Virus record (IMG/VR): IMGVR_UViG_3300023296_000646
Span: 30,981-94,980 of that record
Length of the DNA: 64,000 nt
Strand: one strand, 5' to 3'
DNA from: a virus
Shown here: one piece after another, positions 19,718 through 29,970 of the stretch
How positions within the stretch are numbered: the stretch's first letter is position 1
Layout: the number at the start of each line of letters is the position of its first letter
Notes under the pieces: generated by a model
Told to the model about the DNA's origin: nothing
What the model saw: only the letters and a program-made list of their open reading frames with translations
Databases searched by the model: none
Translations under genes and position numbers: made by a program

Positions 19718-20642
19718 ATGCTATACGTTGCTTCAATAATGTTTCAAATCCCATTTCAATTGAGTCAGTCTCTAATATTCCGCTGAATCCCAATTCACTT
19801 GGATCCTTTCCCTGAATATCTAACAGTCTTACACTTATGCCCTGACTCATGTATTTCTTTGCTATCTTTAGAGCATCTGCTCTTCCATCTAAATCTAGCG
19901 CTATGTTTATTCTAGAAACCCTATTACCCATAATTTTACTATGAAGGGAGTTAGATATAAATTTACCCAATAGCGGAATTGCATTGGACTTAATTGCCAA
20001 CGCATCAAACACGCCTTCTACTAATGTAATGGGCTCATTCCAATTTATATGGAGATCAAATAGAATTGTATCTCGTTCTGCTGGTGGATTTTTGTATGCA
20101 ATAGGATCATCTTTGTAATATGCCCTTGCTACAAAATAATTTAAACTAGCAGAATCATCGTACGACGGAACTATCAATCTATTTGAATATCTTCCTTCTG
20201 CACAATAACCAATGTTATGTTTAATAACATCTTCTCTAGTTATTCCTCTTAACTTTGCATAATGTAATGCATTTCTAAATTCTATTGAGTCTTCAAATTT
20301 GAGTAGAGATTTAAATTCCTTTGGAAGACGAAGGATTGGAATTTCCTTATCGTTCTTATCCTTCTTTCTATACGTTATGTATTCAGGATCTCTAGTTAAA
20401 TCGGATACTAGTTTTATCGTATGAGAATCTGCATTTGCCTTCTTAACCAATGAGTATAAACTCTTTCCTCTAGAATTACATACCCAACAATGCCATACTC
20501 CTCTATCAATAGAGACCTGCAATTTCAACTTTCTATGGTTACAAAACGGACATTTAAAGGATTCTTCGTTATCTGCTTTACTGTGTCTGCTAGGACCTAA
20601 TACAGAATTTAGAATTCTTAATAACTCACTTACGTTTCTCAT
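19707..20642 (-). CDS. DNA primase (zinc finger plus TOPRIM)
   Basis: CPFCNH...WHCWVC; LVEGVFDA; ALDLDG; KDPSE. Confidence 0.9.
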   Translation of the reverse strand: MRNVSELLRILNSVLGPSRHSKADNEESFKCPFCNHRKLKLQVSIDRGVWHCWVCNSRGKSLYSLVKKANADSHTIKLVSDLTRDPEYITYRKKDKNDKEIPILRLPKEFKSLLKFEDSIEFRNALHYAKLRGITREDVIKHNIGYCAEGRYSNRLIVPSYDDSASLNYFVARAYYKDDPIAYKNPPAERDTILFDLHINWNEPITLVEGVFDALAIKSNAIPLLGKFISNSLHSKIMGNRVSRINIALDLDGRADALKIAKKYMSQGISVRLLDIQGKDPSELGFSGILETDSIEMGFETLLKQRIAYEL

Positions 20643-21045
20643 TTATCCAATCGATCGGAATTGTTCCTTGAGCCCATTGAAAACCGTTCTTCTCAGCCCA
20701 CATTGCGTAAGTAGTTTTGCTACTCTTGCTTATTGTGTTTTTTGCTCTTTGGAAGACGAATCTTATATCTTTAGTTGGGTTTTGTTCCCTAACTAAAATC
20801 ATTTTTTTACGATCTGCTGCCTTTAATCGACCCTTTGCTTCTATAACAATACCATTTGGAAGAATGAAATCTGGTGTATATGTGTGTGGTATTGCAGGAG
20901 TTATGTACGCTAACTTAATAGTTTCGTATTCAATTGGAATTCGAATAACTTTTAAATTTTCTGCAATTGTACGTTCAAAATTACTACGGTACGGATCCGT
21001 CTTTACCCTTTTTGATCTTTTAAAAGCCAAATGAAATTCCACCAC
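20626..21045 (-). CDS. T7 endonuclease I-like Holliday junction resolvase
   Basis: YRSNFE...YTPDFILPNGIVIEAKG...DRKKM...DIRFVFQ...TYAMWAEKNGF. Confidence 0.9.
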   Translation of the reverse strand: MVEFHLAFKRSKRVKTDPYRSNFERTIAENLKVIRIPIEYETIKLAYITPAIPHTYTPDFILPNGIVIEAKGRLKAADRKKMILVREQNPTKDIRFVFQRAKNTISKSSKTTYAMWAEKNGFQWAQGTIPIDWINEKRK

Positions 21046-21253
21046 CTAAAGATCCACGATTGTTACGTGCTCTTAAATTTAATGTTGCCCTACCTCTTGA
21101 TCTTCTGCCTCCACTACTAAACGCAGATAGTCTAATATTGGCACTAGATCCTCTACCTCTTCTAGAAAGACTTGTACGAATAGATCCATTTCTGCTTCTT
21201 GAAGAAAATGTTCCACTTATACTTAATCGCGTTCTGCGTCTTCTGTGTGACAT
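21020..21253 (-). CDS. Small Arg/Ser/Gly-rich basic protein
   Basis: 77 aa with no acidic residues; shares upstream AGAGAACACTA with the neighbouring gene. Confidence 0.6.
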   Translation of the reverse strand: MSHRRRRTRLSISGTFSSRSRNGSIRTSLSRRGRGSSANIRLSAFSSGGRRSRGRATLNLRARNNRGSLGGGISFGF

Positions 21254-21265
21254 TAGTGTTCTCTA

Positions 21266-21562
21266 TTAGTATGTATCTCTAATCAAATCAAGGAATGTTT
21301 GCCCTGCGTTTGATTCTTTAAATTTGACGCCGTCCTTTAATACGATTTCATAAGTAACCGATATTCCAACTCCTTCACGACCTTGTCTATAAAAATTAGA
21401 TTTTAAAATTTTAACTTTACCACCCTTTCCGGTAGGGTATGTTTTGCCAACTTCATATTGATCGTATCCTGCATCTTTAGCTTCTGAAAGATTATTGCGC
21501 TTAAATTTGGCACTTTCATTTAAATCATTCATTAGCGTTCTTAATTTCATTGCATCTGTCAT
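21266..21562 (-). CDS. Probable internal head protein (propeptide ending LNE)
   Basis: MTDAMKLRTLMNDLNE; N-terminus paralogous with the next gene. Confidence 0.6.
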   Translation of the reverse strand: MTDAMKLRTLMNDLNESAKFKRNNLSEAKDAGYDQYEVGKTYPTGKGGKVKILKSNFYRQGREGVGISVTYEIVLKDGVKFKESNAGQTFLDLIRDTY

Positions 21563-21570
21563 AGTGTTCT

Positions 21571-21840
21571 CTAGTATAATTTACCGTATATGCCACGGAT
21601 TTCACTTTCAACTTTTTTCGCTTGTGCTATTGCCGCAATGAGAGCCTTTTCTGATTTAGAATTGCCGTCTCCATAATCATCTTCAATACCGCTTATTAAT
21701 TTTGTAAGTAAACTAATTTGTGTTTCTACAAGACTTTTAAATCTTTTTAGATTTGCAGAACCTTTTGCTTCGTCTAATGTAGGCTTAACGCTTTCATTTA
21801 AACCATCCATTAATTTTCGCATTTTATGTGCATCTGTCAT
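21571..21840 (-). CDS. Probable internal head protein (propeptide ending LNE)
   Basis: MTDAHKMRKLMDGLNE; late motif at 21858 and SD AGGAG. Confidence 0.6.
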   Translation of the reverse strand: MTDAHKMRKLMDGLNESVKPTLDEAKGSANLKRFKSLVETQISLLTKLISGIEDDYGDGNSKSEKALIAAIAQAKKVESEIRGIYGKLY

Positions 21841-21869
21841 ATTGTTCTCCTATTTCTTATAAATATACG

Positions 21870-22787
21870 TTAGGTGTCAAACCTGATAATAAAGTTGATT
21901 GGATAATCTGGCAATGATTTTACAGGTTTTGCCAACTTAGCAACTGCTACACAATTTAGATCATCGTCATAGAATGCCAGATTAGTAATGTATGGCGCTA
22001 AATATGATCCAGTAGGATCTACTGAAGATGAATATTCATAATCACCAAACCCACCACCCATTGAACTGCTAAATGATGACGTAAAATTCTTATCGTAATA
22101 AACTTCACCTTCTCCTGGAATATCATGGTATCCAGTCTTTCGTATGTAACCATAAAATGAAGATCCAGTATCATCGCTGATATATGACGTTGGATTTTGA
22201 GATACATTGAATTCTCCTTCACCAATTTCTACAAATATTTCGTTTTCATAAATAGTAGTAGTGCTTCTAAAATCCAATGTAAAATCTGCGGCAAATGATT
22301 CTGAATAGAATGACGATGTGCTAGTTGCAATAATTATTCCATGTGGATATATTACGTTTCCCAATTGAACAGACTGAGTTGCATTGTCTACTAAATTTCC
22401 CTTTCCATCGTCTATATACGTTCGTCCAGTTGTATCGTCTGTAATAGATACAGATCCTGAAAGAATCTCTTCACCAAAATACCTAGTAGGAATGCTAATG
22501 ACGTTACAGTGAGTATTGATCACCCTAATATTATCTTCAAATTGCCCCTTCATACCAACCATCTTTATGGGCGTTTGGTTTTGATAGTACATTTGATTGA
22601 TCTGATTATAAATCGATCGCTTAGGAACTAAATTACTAGTTGCTTCAGAAGCTGAGATAAAATTACTTCCAGTTATCTGTTCACCCCTGTAAACTAATAT
22701 ACCGTCCGACGCTTGGTCTAATGACCATAATTTGTACGCCTTAAACGGTCGTACATTATAATGCTTTGGATCTATAGTTTTGAACAT
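21870..22787 (-). CDS. Virion structural protein (tail/baseplate region)
   Basis: C-terminal YITNLAFYDDDLNCVAVAKLAKP...IIRFD paralogous to the next gene. Confidence 0.6.
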   Translation of the reverse strand: MFKTIDPKHYNVRPFKAYKLWSLDQASDGILVYRGEQITGSNFISASEATSNLVPKRSIYNQINQMYYQNQTPIKMVGMKGQFEDNIRVINTHCNVISIPTRYFGEEILSGSVSITDDTTGRTYIDDGKGNLVDNATQSVQLGNVIYPHGIIIATSTSSFYSESFAADFTLDFRSTTTIYENEIFVEIGEGEFNVSQNPTSYISDDTGSSFYGYIRKTGYHDIPGEGEVYYDKNFTSSFSSSMGGGFGDYEYSSSVDPTGSYLAPYITNLAFYDDDLNCVAVAKLAKPVKSLPDYPINFIIRFDT

Positions 22788-22796
22788 ATCTCATTC

Positions 22797-23990
22797 TTAA
22801 AAGTCGAGTTTTACTCTAACACTTAATTCACGATCAAACGATTTCTTATTTGGCTGAGATAGTTTAGCTACTGCTAAACATTCATTGGCTTCATTATATA
22901 ATCCAATTGTTGTTGGGAATGTTTTAGGATCTCCCTCAAATGTAGTATTCCTAAATTTACCAACTGAGCCTGTTATGAATGTTGGATTGTTAGAGAAATT
23001 AAACTCTCTATTGTTCAATCTTACGAAATAGTGGTTTGATGTAATATTTTCTGTAGATCTTGCTTGGAAATCGTTACCGTCATCTATAGCAACAAGAAGC
23101 TTTCGCTGATTATATTGATATGCTGAAAGAGATTTGTTTGGAGTTAGCGTTGTACCTAGTGATGATGATAGTGCGCTTGGATTAAGAATGAATATTCCTG
23201 CGTCAGGATACATAAGTCCAAATCCTTGTCCGTTCGATGCAGATGTTGCGTATACAGATGAACTAACTTGTCCAAGTTGAAGAGCTCCAGATGCAATATT
23301 AAATATTCTACCAGCCTTTCCAACATTATCTGTAATTTTCTTACCACTATCATCAATTAGTGTAATTGTAGATCCACCTGCAGTTAGTGTCAATGACCAG
23401 TTACCTGGATCTATTTTTTCTTTAAATCTGTTTCTAGCAACGTTGATCACGTAAATATCATCTATATCAGCAGTACCTGCAGCGGATCCAGTTACAACAG
23501 TAAATTTAGTATCGTTTGGTTCTAACAAAAGATTTTTATATTGATTGTAAGTTGCCCTTGTTGCAAGGTTAGATGTATCCAATTGTTCTAACGATGGAGC
23601 CCCTGCCCCAGATACGTGACCGTATGCGATAGAGAATTGAATTTCAGAACTTGTAGAAGATGTTGCAGCATTGTAGACATCTACATAATACTTGCCACTA
23701 TCTAAAACAGTATCTTGATTTGAACTTGTGAAGAATGTTGTAAGACTTCCAGTATTTCCTGCCCACAATCCAGTGGTAACAACTTCGTTTTTACCAAGAA
23801 CCATTTCATTTGGTCCTAATCGCTTATAAATACCGTCAGTTATCCCAGTATCTACGGTAGTCACTCTACTTTCTGCTGGGAGAAATGCATTAAGTACGGA
23901 TACAATATTATTTGTATCCAGCGCATTTCCTGAACTATTAATAAGTTCTTGAAGCTGTCTTGCTAATTGTCCTGTTGGTTCTATTGGCAT
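22797..23990 (-). CDS. Virion structural protein (tail/baseplate region)
   Basis: C-terminal TTIGLYNEANECLAVAKLSQP...VKLDF; Ser-rich. Confidence 0.6.
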   Translation of the reverse strand: MPIEPTGQLARQLQELINSSGNALDTNNIVSVLNAFLPAESRVTTVDTGITDGIYKRLGPNEMVLGKNEVVTTGLWAGNTGSLTTFFTSSNQDTVLDSGKYYVDVYNAATSSTSSEIQFSIAYGHVSGAGAPSLEQLDTSNLATRATYNQYKNLLLEPNDTKFTVVTGSAAGTADIDDIYVINVARNRFKEKIDPGNWSLTLTAGGSTITLIDDSGKKITDNVGKAGRIFNIASGALQLGQVSSSVYATSASNGQGFGLMYPDAGIFILNPSALSSSLGTTLTPNKSLSAYQYNQRKLLVAIDDGNDFQARSTENITSNHYFVRLNNREFNFSNNPTFITGSVGKFRNTTFEGDPKTFPTTIGLYNEANECLAVAKLSQPNKKSFDRELSVRVKLDF

Positions 23991-24008
23991 TTTCTATTCT
24001 CTATAATT

Positions 24009-24641
24009 TTAAGTAGATGTAGGTGCGGTTATTGTTACTGGGATTACTACAGTTCCACCAGTTTCATTTCCTACAATAGTAATCTTAGTAGTAATGTCTG
24101 TCGTAATTTGTGAATTAGGAACAAATTCAAATGTTATTCCACTTGCAACTTGAGCAGTAGCTGCAGTAGCATCTCCTAGATAAAATGGTACAGAACCAAC
24201 TTTAACGTTTTCCAATCCAAACGCCAACACTTCCCCAGCTCGTCTGTTATGCAGAATTGCTGTATATCCTAATCTAGAATTTCCACCACCATCTGTAGAT
24301 GGAGAAACTGCAACAACTCCTTGGTTGTATGCGCTAGATATGGATGGAATACCTGCAACTACTTGAGGAATTCTTGTTACTGTTTTTGGCAGAGTAACTA
24401 ATTTGTATCTCATAACTTGAGTTTCATCAGGAGTTGCCTCTGTTACCGGTAATGATGTAATTGCATCATCATAGTATGCAGATCCCAATGGATGAGCGGC
24501 GTCATATAGGCCGTAATCAATCTCATCATCAGCTGCTGCGAATTTAGTTACATTAAGTCCATTACCTGAAGAGAGTATTTGTCTACCCTTTTTAGTTAAA
24601 ATCGCTTGAACTGTAATGGTTGTATTATTCAAATATGCCAT
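24009..24641 (-). CDS. Virion structural protein
   Basis: AILTKKGRQIL...TKFAAADDEIDY; late motif at 24678. Confidence 0.55.
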   Translation of the reverse strand: MAYLNNTTITVQAILTKKGRQILSSGNGLNVTKFAAADDEIDYGLYDAAHPLGSAYYDDAITSLPVTEATPDETQVMRYKLVTLPKTVTRIPQVVAGIPSISSAYNQGVVAVSPSTDGGGNSRLGYTAILHNRRAGEVLAFGLENVKVGSVPFYLGDATAATAQVASGITFEFVPNSQITTDITTKITIVGNETGGTVVIPVTITAPTST

Positions 24642-24706
24642 ATGTGTTGCTCTAATTTATTTGCTCTACTATCTGTGTATAAGTATGTCTTTATCTTCGT
24701 TTTTTA

Positions 24707-27700
24707 TTATTCTACATTTAAAATAGGTTCATCATTGCTCCTATCGCTTTTATTAACTTTAATGGTTCCTACATTTGAAATAAATACTTCAATAGGTGGT
24801 GCACCATCAATTGTAGTTTCTTCCGTCAAATCTACTCCTTTATAAAACGAATTTCTAAGACCAGTAGATATATTTTGAGTTTTGGATGTATGAAACGGTA
24901 AATGTCCATGAACCTTAGTTCCTCCTGCTGTAAATGAAGCAGATGAATGGAGTACGTTTAAATGCTGAATAGATTCTGTTACTATTACATTGTGGTAAGC
25001 ACCTTCTTGACTATCAGTATTTCCGTCTATTAATTGACTTACTGTTTTGTAGCTATCAATATCTATAAGTTCCAGTTTAACTCTCTTTCTACCTTCTACT
25101 CCATCCTTAAGATAAATAATTTCAGCATCACCCTCAATTGCATAAATTCCAAATATACTTTGAGGCATTCCAAATGATGTGTAGTTATAGCTAGCAGATG
25201 CAAAATTTGGCCCGCTGTGATTAGGTACTTTGTAATTTTCATAGTATCCAACCATTATTGCCTTAGATTCTTGGTTAAAATCAATTGCAGTAGATCCAGA
25301 TAAAATTGAACCAACATCTCCATCGTATGTAGTATGATCTCCTGTCATAAAAATAGATTCTGTTGTAAATACAGATCCAGAATATGAAGTTTGATCTCCT
25401 GTCATTAAAATAGATTCTGTTACGAATAATGTTGTACTGTATGATGTTACTATACCTGACGCCATTGATCCAGTATCTATTGCGTTAATTGTACCTTCTG
25501 CAGAATATTCTAATAGAGATGGCTTTTTGAACGCTATCTTATTTCTTTCCAACATGTGAGGTTCAAAAAGAATACCCTTGGATAGTTTAGCTCTAATAGG
25601 AGTCATATCTTCTACATACTCAAAAACTGTTTTATCAAATTGACGAATTAGAGTGATATAATCATATATGTTCATTGAAGATGAATTTCTTTCCCAATAA
25701 TGCTCATTGATTGCAGATAGATCTGCATATGAAGAAGAATATCTTGCATCTGGGTCACCAATTTCATTCATGAAATCATGTCCACCAAACGCTCTAATCA
25801 TATCTCTATTTATTTCAGTAGTTGGTGAAAAGAATACTCCTAATCTATTTGAATCAATAGGAGATTGATCAAATGATTTTTTAGTAATTCTACTGTTGCG
25901 TTCTAGTTGCTTACCATCTAAGAATGATTGAGATTCAAATCGTATTTTATCTGATTCATATCTAAATCCAAGTGTTGGCACTTCAAACGAAGAATCTTGT
26001 TCTATTCTAGTAAATTGAAATGGATCGCTTACAACCGTTGTAAAGTTTGATGCGGTAGCATGTGATACACCATATCCATTAGATCCAGTATACGCAAAGT
26101 TTGGAAGTAAAGTTGAAGTTGCTAAGTTTTGTGGTCTATCAAACGTTAATCTGACCAGTAAATCTTGTACTGACGAAGTATAGTTGTTACCCCTAATAGA
26201 TTCATGCCATCTGACATGGTGATCAAATGATGTTTCAGTAAGAGGAACTTTCCATACGCTGAATTCGTCAACCGATCCACTAAATTCGTTTCCTATAATA
26301 ATGTCAGTAACATCTTCCCAAGAAGAGGTAGCAACGTTTACAGATGCAGAAGATGCATGAGTAATTTTTGTGTATAAACTTTTCTTAACGTAAAGATCAA
26401 AATTATCTGTAACAGATCCGCTAGTTCTAGTTACCATCATTGTAAATGAATCTCCGTCAAATAGTGGAAGTTTAGATGATGAAATTTGACTAATACCAGT
26501 AGATGAAGATATAGCCAATCTCACTCTACCGTTATATGATGATGAAGGTTCAGAATCGATAAATACGTTAATTGTGTCAGTAGAACCTGATTTTCCAGTT
26601 AATAGATTCCATGATCCGGATATTGCAGGAGAATTAAACTCTGGAATATTTGTTGTTCTAAAACTAATTTCAAGTGAATCTGGCTTCCTAGACAAATCAG
26701 AGTCTACCCAATCTATTTCTATCTGTTCAGAGCCAGACAATTTCAGTTCTGCAATTGGATCATCAAATGTATAATAGATGTTCTTACGAGTCATCAGGGT
26801 AGGCCCACCAAACTCTCGTATTTGAACAAACCCGTCAGGAATACCATAAATATGGAATATAGCCCTAATTGATGCTCTAGTTCCCTTTGTCTTTAGTAAG
26901 AACGGAAGATTATTTAAGAATCTTCTAAGAAGAAGTTCTTCTCTCTTTTTAGCAGTAGATGATGATAAGTTAGATCCATCTAGGTTTTTACCTAGTATAT
27001 AATCCGTTAATTCCCTATCTGATCCAGATGTTCTAATTTGCCATCCAAACGCTTCAAGTACAGGCTTTAAAAGTTCGGTAGGAGTTCCACTTCCAGATGT
27101 ATGTGTTCTCACATATACATTGCTCATGGAATCGATGTGAGATTTTATGATATCAAAATGTTGCCCTAGCATTGTTGTAAACAATACAAAATCTACGTTA
27201 GCCGAATCTCGTATAATGTGCTCTGGCAATAAATTGGCCAAACTATCAAAATTGCTATCGTCATATGTTTGAGCAATTGTAGATTGACTTGCAAAATATG
27301 CTATTGAATTAGAACCAGAAGTATGAATAACTGATCCATTAGATTTTGGCCAAGAACTATTGCCCTCGTCAAGGTATAAGAAATTTTCATAACCGTCGAA
27401 ACTTGTTTTAATTCTATTTATGTTAGAGCTCAGCTTTCCTAATTCTCTATTTACTAATATACTTCCTGTAACTGCTCCACCATCATTGATATTATTTATC
27501 TTTAGCTGATCTGCTTCTATTAACTGAAGTTTGTATTTGAAATTAGTTAATCTTTCGTCAGCTGAACTATAAAATACGAAATTACTAAACGATGTGTAAT
27601 CAATATCTAGATTGGCATCTGTAATGAAATTACTTCCACCTAATACAGAATTCATAATGTCAGTAGTTGCCGAACCTGAAGAAATATATCCATATCCGGT

Positions 27701-29209
27701 CAAATCATCGTCTGATATTGTATTATGCTCAGCATCTGTTTTGTAATTGAGCAAATCGTCTGCCCTATACATAGCAGTTCCGTTCCTAGTGTCAGCTCCT
27801 ACAATTTCGTTATTGGAAATAGGTAATCCCAAATCCATAGAATCATCAATATCAAAATTAGGACCACGCAACTCATTACGTACGACTACAGATCCTCTTT
27901 CAAATTTGAGATTAACAATGGATGAATCCATAACCTCATATGCTATGAAAAATGAATCTAAATTTGTTGATTCAGTAGGTTCGTATAATTTAGCCACTAT
28001 TGAATCATTAACATCTGTGACGTATGAAAACATCAATTGTTCTGTTCCGTCGTCTGATACTAGAATATTTCTAAGTACCTTCTTATCGTTTATGATGTGA
28101 TTAATATTTAATGGAATTTCTACATCACCACAAATGCCTATAAATAACTGATCTGTCAATTCGCTTATTGTTAGAGAACTCTTAGCTATTCCTGGCTGAA
28201 TTGTCAATAGAGAATTTATATAAACTCTAGTATCTCCAACATCATCATATCTTACAGCAGATTCAATAAACACTCTATATGTGCCCAGTGGAACTCCACT
28301 ATGAACTTTGATATCTCTTATTCTGCTTTCTAATGGCCTAGTGTCTAGTACATATTGAATTTCAATATTCTCATAGCTCTGAAGACCTACAATAACATCA
28401 GGTATTACAAATCCACCTGCTGCACCGTCATCTATAAAGAATCTTTCTGTATTTCTAGGTACATATGATACTATAATATCCTGTTCAGAAAATATAGCCT
28501 GTTTATTAATCTTAGGATCACTAAATATTGCTTCGCCTTCTGCAACGTCAAATGATTTAAATTCAATCTTTATTGGTTCAGTTTTACTTCTACCATTTAA
28601 ATTTAATGCAGATACTAATAATGATTTACGTCCAAATTGATTATCAAAAAATGTAAATGGAAAGAATTTCTTAAGTGTAGCAGGGGTTGTAGAATTTTCT
28701 ACATCTAGTGTAACAGAATTTCCAGTATTAAATAGTGTGTTAGGTCCACCTATTATAACTATGCTATCTGCGTTTGCATATGTTATAGAAATTACAGGTG
28801 CATCTGAAGGTGATTCATTTTGCTTTGTAATCACTAAGCTATGATTTACAGATGCAGTAAGCTCAATTGGAATTCCCACTAGAAAATGATACGTGTTGCG
28901 CCTGTCACTATTCGTTGAAACTGAAAGCCATCCATCGCCTATAGAAGTATTGGTGATAACATATGATACTACAACGTCGCTACCGTCTAATTTTAGTGGA
29001 GTGTTATTTACCGCACTTAGATTACTAGATGTGTCAACATTAAACGTGATATTGTCGACAGAACCGACACCGATCAATTTAATTTCAATCACATATGTCC
29101 TATTCAACTCAATAAAACTTGAATTGAATGATGTAGTTTTATTTAAGTCTACAGATCCCTCTGGGCTTAATGATGCTACCATATCATATATAGTTGAATT
29201 ATTCACCAA
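24707..29209 (-). CDS. Large baseplate/tail protein (1500 aa) with LamG-like beta domain
   Basis: NNLPFLLKTKGTRASIRAIFHIYGI (baseplate wedge/tail protein I-like motif); FSGSVDEFSVW LamG-like motif; context. Confidence 0.65.
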   Translation of the reverse strand: MVNNSTIYDMVASLSPEGSVDLNKTTSFNSSFIELNRTYVIEIKLIGVGSVDNITFNVDTSSNLSAVNNTPLKLDGSDVVVSYVITNTSIGDGWLSVSTNSDRRNTYHFLVGIPIELTASVNHSLVITKQNESPSDAPVISITYANADSIVIIGGPNTLFNTGNSVTLDVENSTTPATLKKFFPFTFFDNQFGRKSLLVSALNLNGRSKTEPIKIEFKSFDVAEGEAIFSDPKINKQAIFSEQDIIVSYVPRNTERFFIDDGAAGGFVIPDVIVGLQSYENIEIQYVLDTRPLESRIRDIKVHSGVPLGTYRVFIESAVRYDDVGDTRVYINSLLTIQPGIAKSSLTISELTDQLFIGICGDVEIPLNINHIINDKKVLRNILVSDDGTEQLMFSYVTDVNDSIVAKLYEPTESTNLDSFFIAYEVMDSSIVNLKFERGSVVVRNELRGPNFDIDDSMDLGLPISNNEIVGADTRNGTAMYRADDLLNYKTDAEHNTISDDDLTGYGYISSGSATTDIMNSVLGGSNFITDANLDIDYTSFSNFVFYSSADERLTNFKYKLQLIEADQLKINNINDGGAVTGSILVNRELGKLSSNINRIKTSFDGYENFLYLDEGNSSWPKSNGSVIHTSGSNSIAYFASQSTIAQTYDDSNFDSLANLLPEHIIRDSANVDFVLFTTMLGQHFDIIKSHIDSMSNVYVRTHTSGSGTPTELLKPVLEAFGWQIRTSGSDRELTDYILGKNLDGSNLSSSTAKKREELLLRRFLNNLPFLLKTKGTRASIRAIFHIYGIPDGFVQIREFGGPTLMTRKNIYYTFDDPIAELKLSGSEQIEIDWVDSDLSRKPDSLEISFRTTNIPEFNSPAISGSWNLLTGKSGSTDTINVFIDSEPSSSYNGRVRLAISSSTGISQISSSKLPLFDGDSFTMMVTRTSGSVTDNFDLYVKKSLYTKITHASSASVNVATSSWEDVTDIIIGNEFSGSVDEFSVWKVPLTETSFDHHVRWHESIRGNNYTSSVQDLLVRLTFDRPQNLATSTLLPNFAYTGSNGYGVSHATASNFTTVVSDPFQFTRIEQDSSFEVPTLGFRYESDKIRFESQSFLDGKQLERNSRITKKSFDQSPIDSNRLGVFFSPTTEINRDMIRAFGGHDFMNEIGDPDARYSSSYADLSAINEHYWERNSSSMNIYDYITLIRQFDKTVFEYVEDMTPIRAKLSKGILFEPHMLERNKIAFKKPSLLEYSAEGTINAIDTGSMASGIVTSYSTTLFVTESILMTGDQTSYSGSVFTTESIFMTGDHTTYDGDVGSILSGSTAIDFNQESKAIMVGYYENYKVPNHSGPNFASASYNYTSFGMPQSIFGIYAIEGDAEIIYLKDGVEGRKRVKLELIDIDSYKTVSQLIDGNTDSQEGAYHNVIVTESIQHLNVLHSSASFTAGGTKVHGHLPFHTSKTQNISTGLRNSFYKGVDLTEETTIDGAPPIEVFISNVGTIKVNKSDRSNDEPILNVE

Positions 29210-29963
29210 ATGCTACTCGTATGTTATTTTTAAATTCTGTTTTAAGTATTTCTTTAAATTCCGTTTGATCTGATATTCCGTTAAGGCGTATAAATTCAAA
29301 CGTACTTTGTCTAGTGTTACTAATTATCAAATCCAATTTGTTTGGAAGAACATATGAAAAATACGCGCCCATTTCGATAGGAGATGCACTTCCGTGTCTA
29401 TCAAACTTAAATAGTTCTTCCTTGAAGTTTTGAGTTAAATTTTCTGATATTATTTGTTCAGGAATAAACCCAGTAAATGGGTATGCTTCAGTTGGAGGCT
29501 TAAAGATATAATCTAACATTTTATTTATTTCTGCGTCAGATAGGCTAGCATTTGCAAATCTCTTAAATCTATCTTCATTTCCCTTAGTAGGTAATAATCT
29601 AACTTCAGTTTTTGATGGTGAAATTTCGCTTATGTATACTCCAGGAGAATCTACATCTCCAACCAAAATTCTCCAAAAATTGTATATAATTTTAAATTCC
29701 CCACTACTAAATCCGAATTCAGTAATATCTAATTCCGGATCTACTGATATTTTGCCCTTATCATATGCAGGAATATCAGTAGATATTATAGAATTAATCA
29801 AAAAATCATTTCTATCATATAGTCTCTTAACAATAACATCCGTTGGCCCACCACCGAACCTATCTACTATTGAATTTATAGAACCTATAAAAAATTCTGC
29901 ATCTCCACCAGATATTCTGTTCTGTGTGATTACGTTTATGCTATTTGTATCTATTTTTGCCAT
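29199..29963 (-). CDS. Hypothetical structural protein
   Basis: ORF track; ISEISPSKTEVRL; lies within the baseplate operon. Confidence 0.5.
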   Translation of the reverse strand: MAKIDTNSINVITQNRISGGDAEFFIGSINSIVDRFGGGPTDVIVKRLYDRNDFLINSIISTDIPAYDKGKISVDPELDITEFGFSSGEFKIIYNFWRILVGDVDSPGVYISEISPSKTEVRLLPTKGNEDRFKRFANASLSDAEINKMLDYIFKPPTEAYPFTGFIPEQIISENLTQNFKEELFKFDRHGSASPIEMGAYFSYVLPNKLDLIISNTRQSTFEFIRLNGISDQTEFKEILKTEFKNNIRVAFGE

Positions 29964-29970
29964 TTAAATT

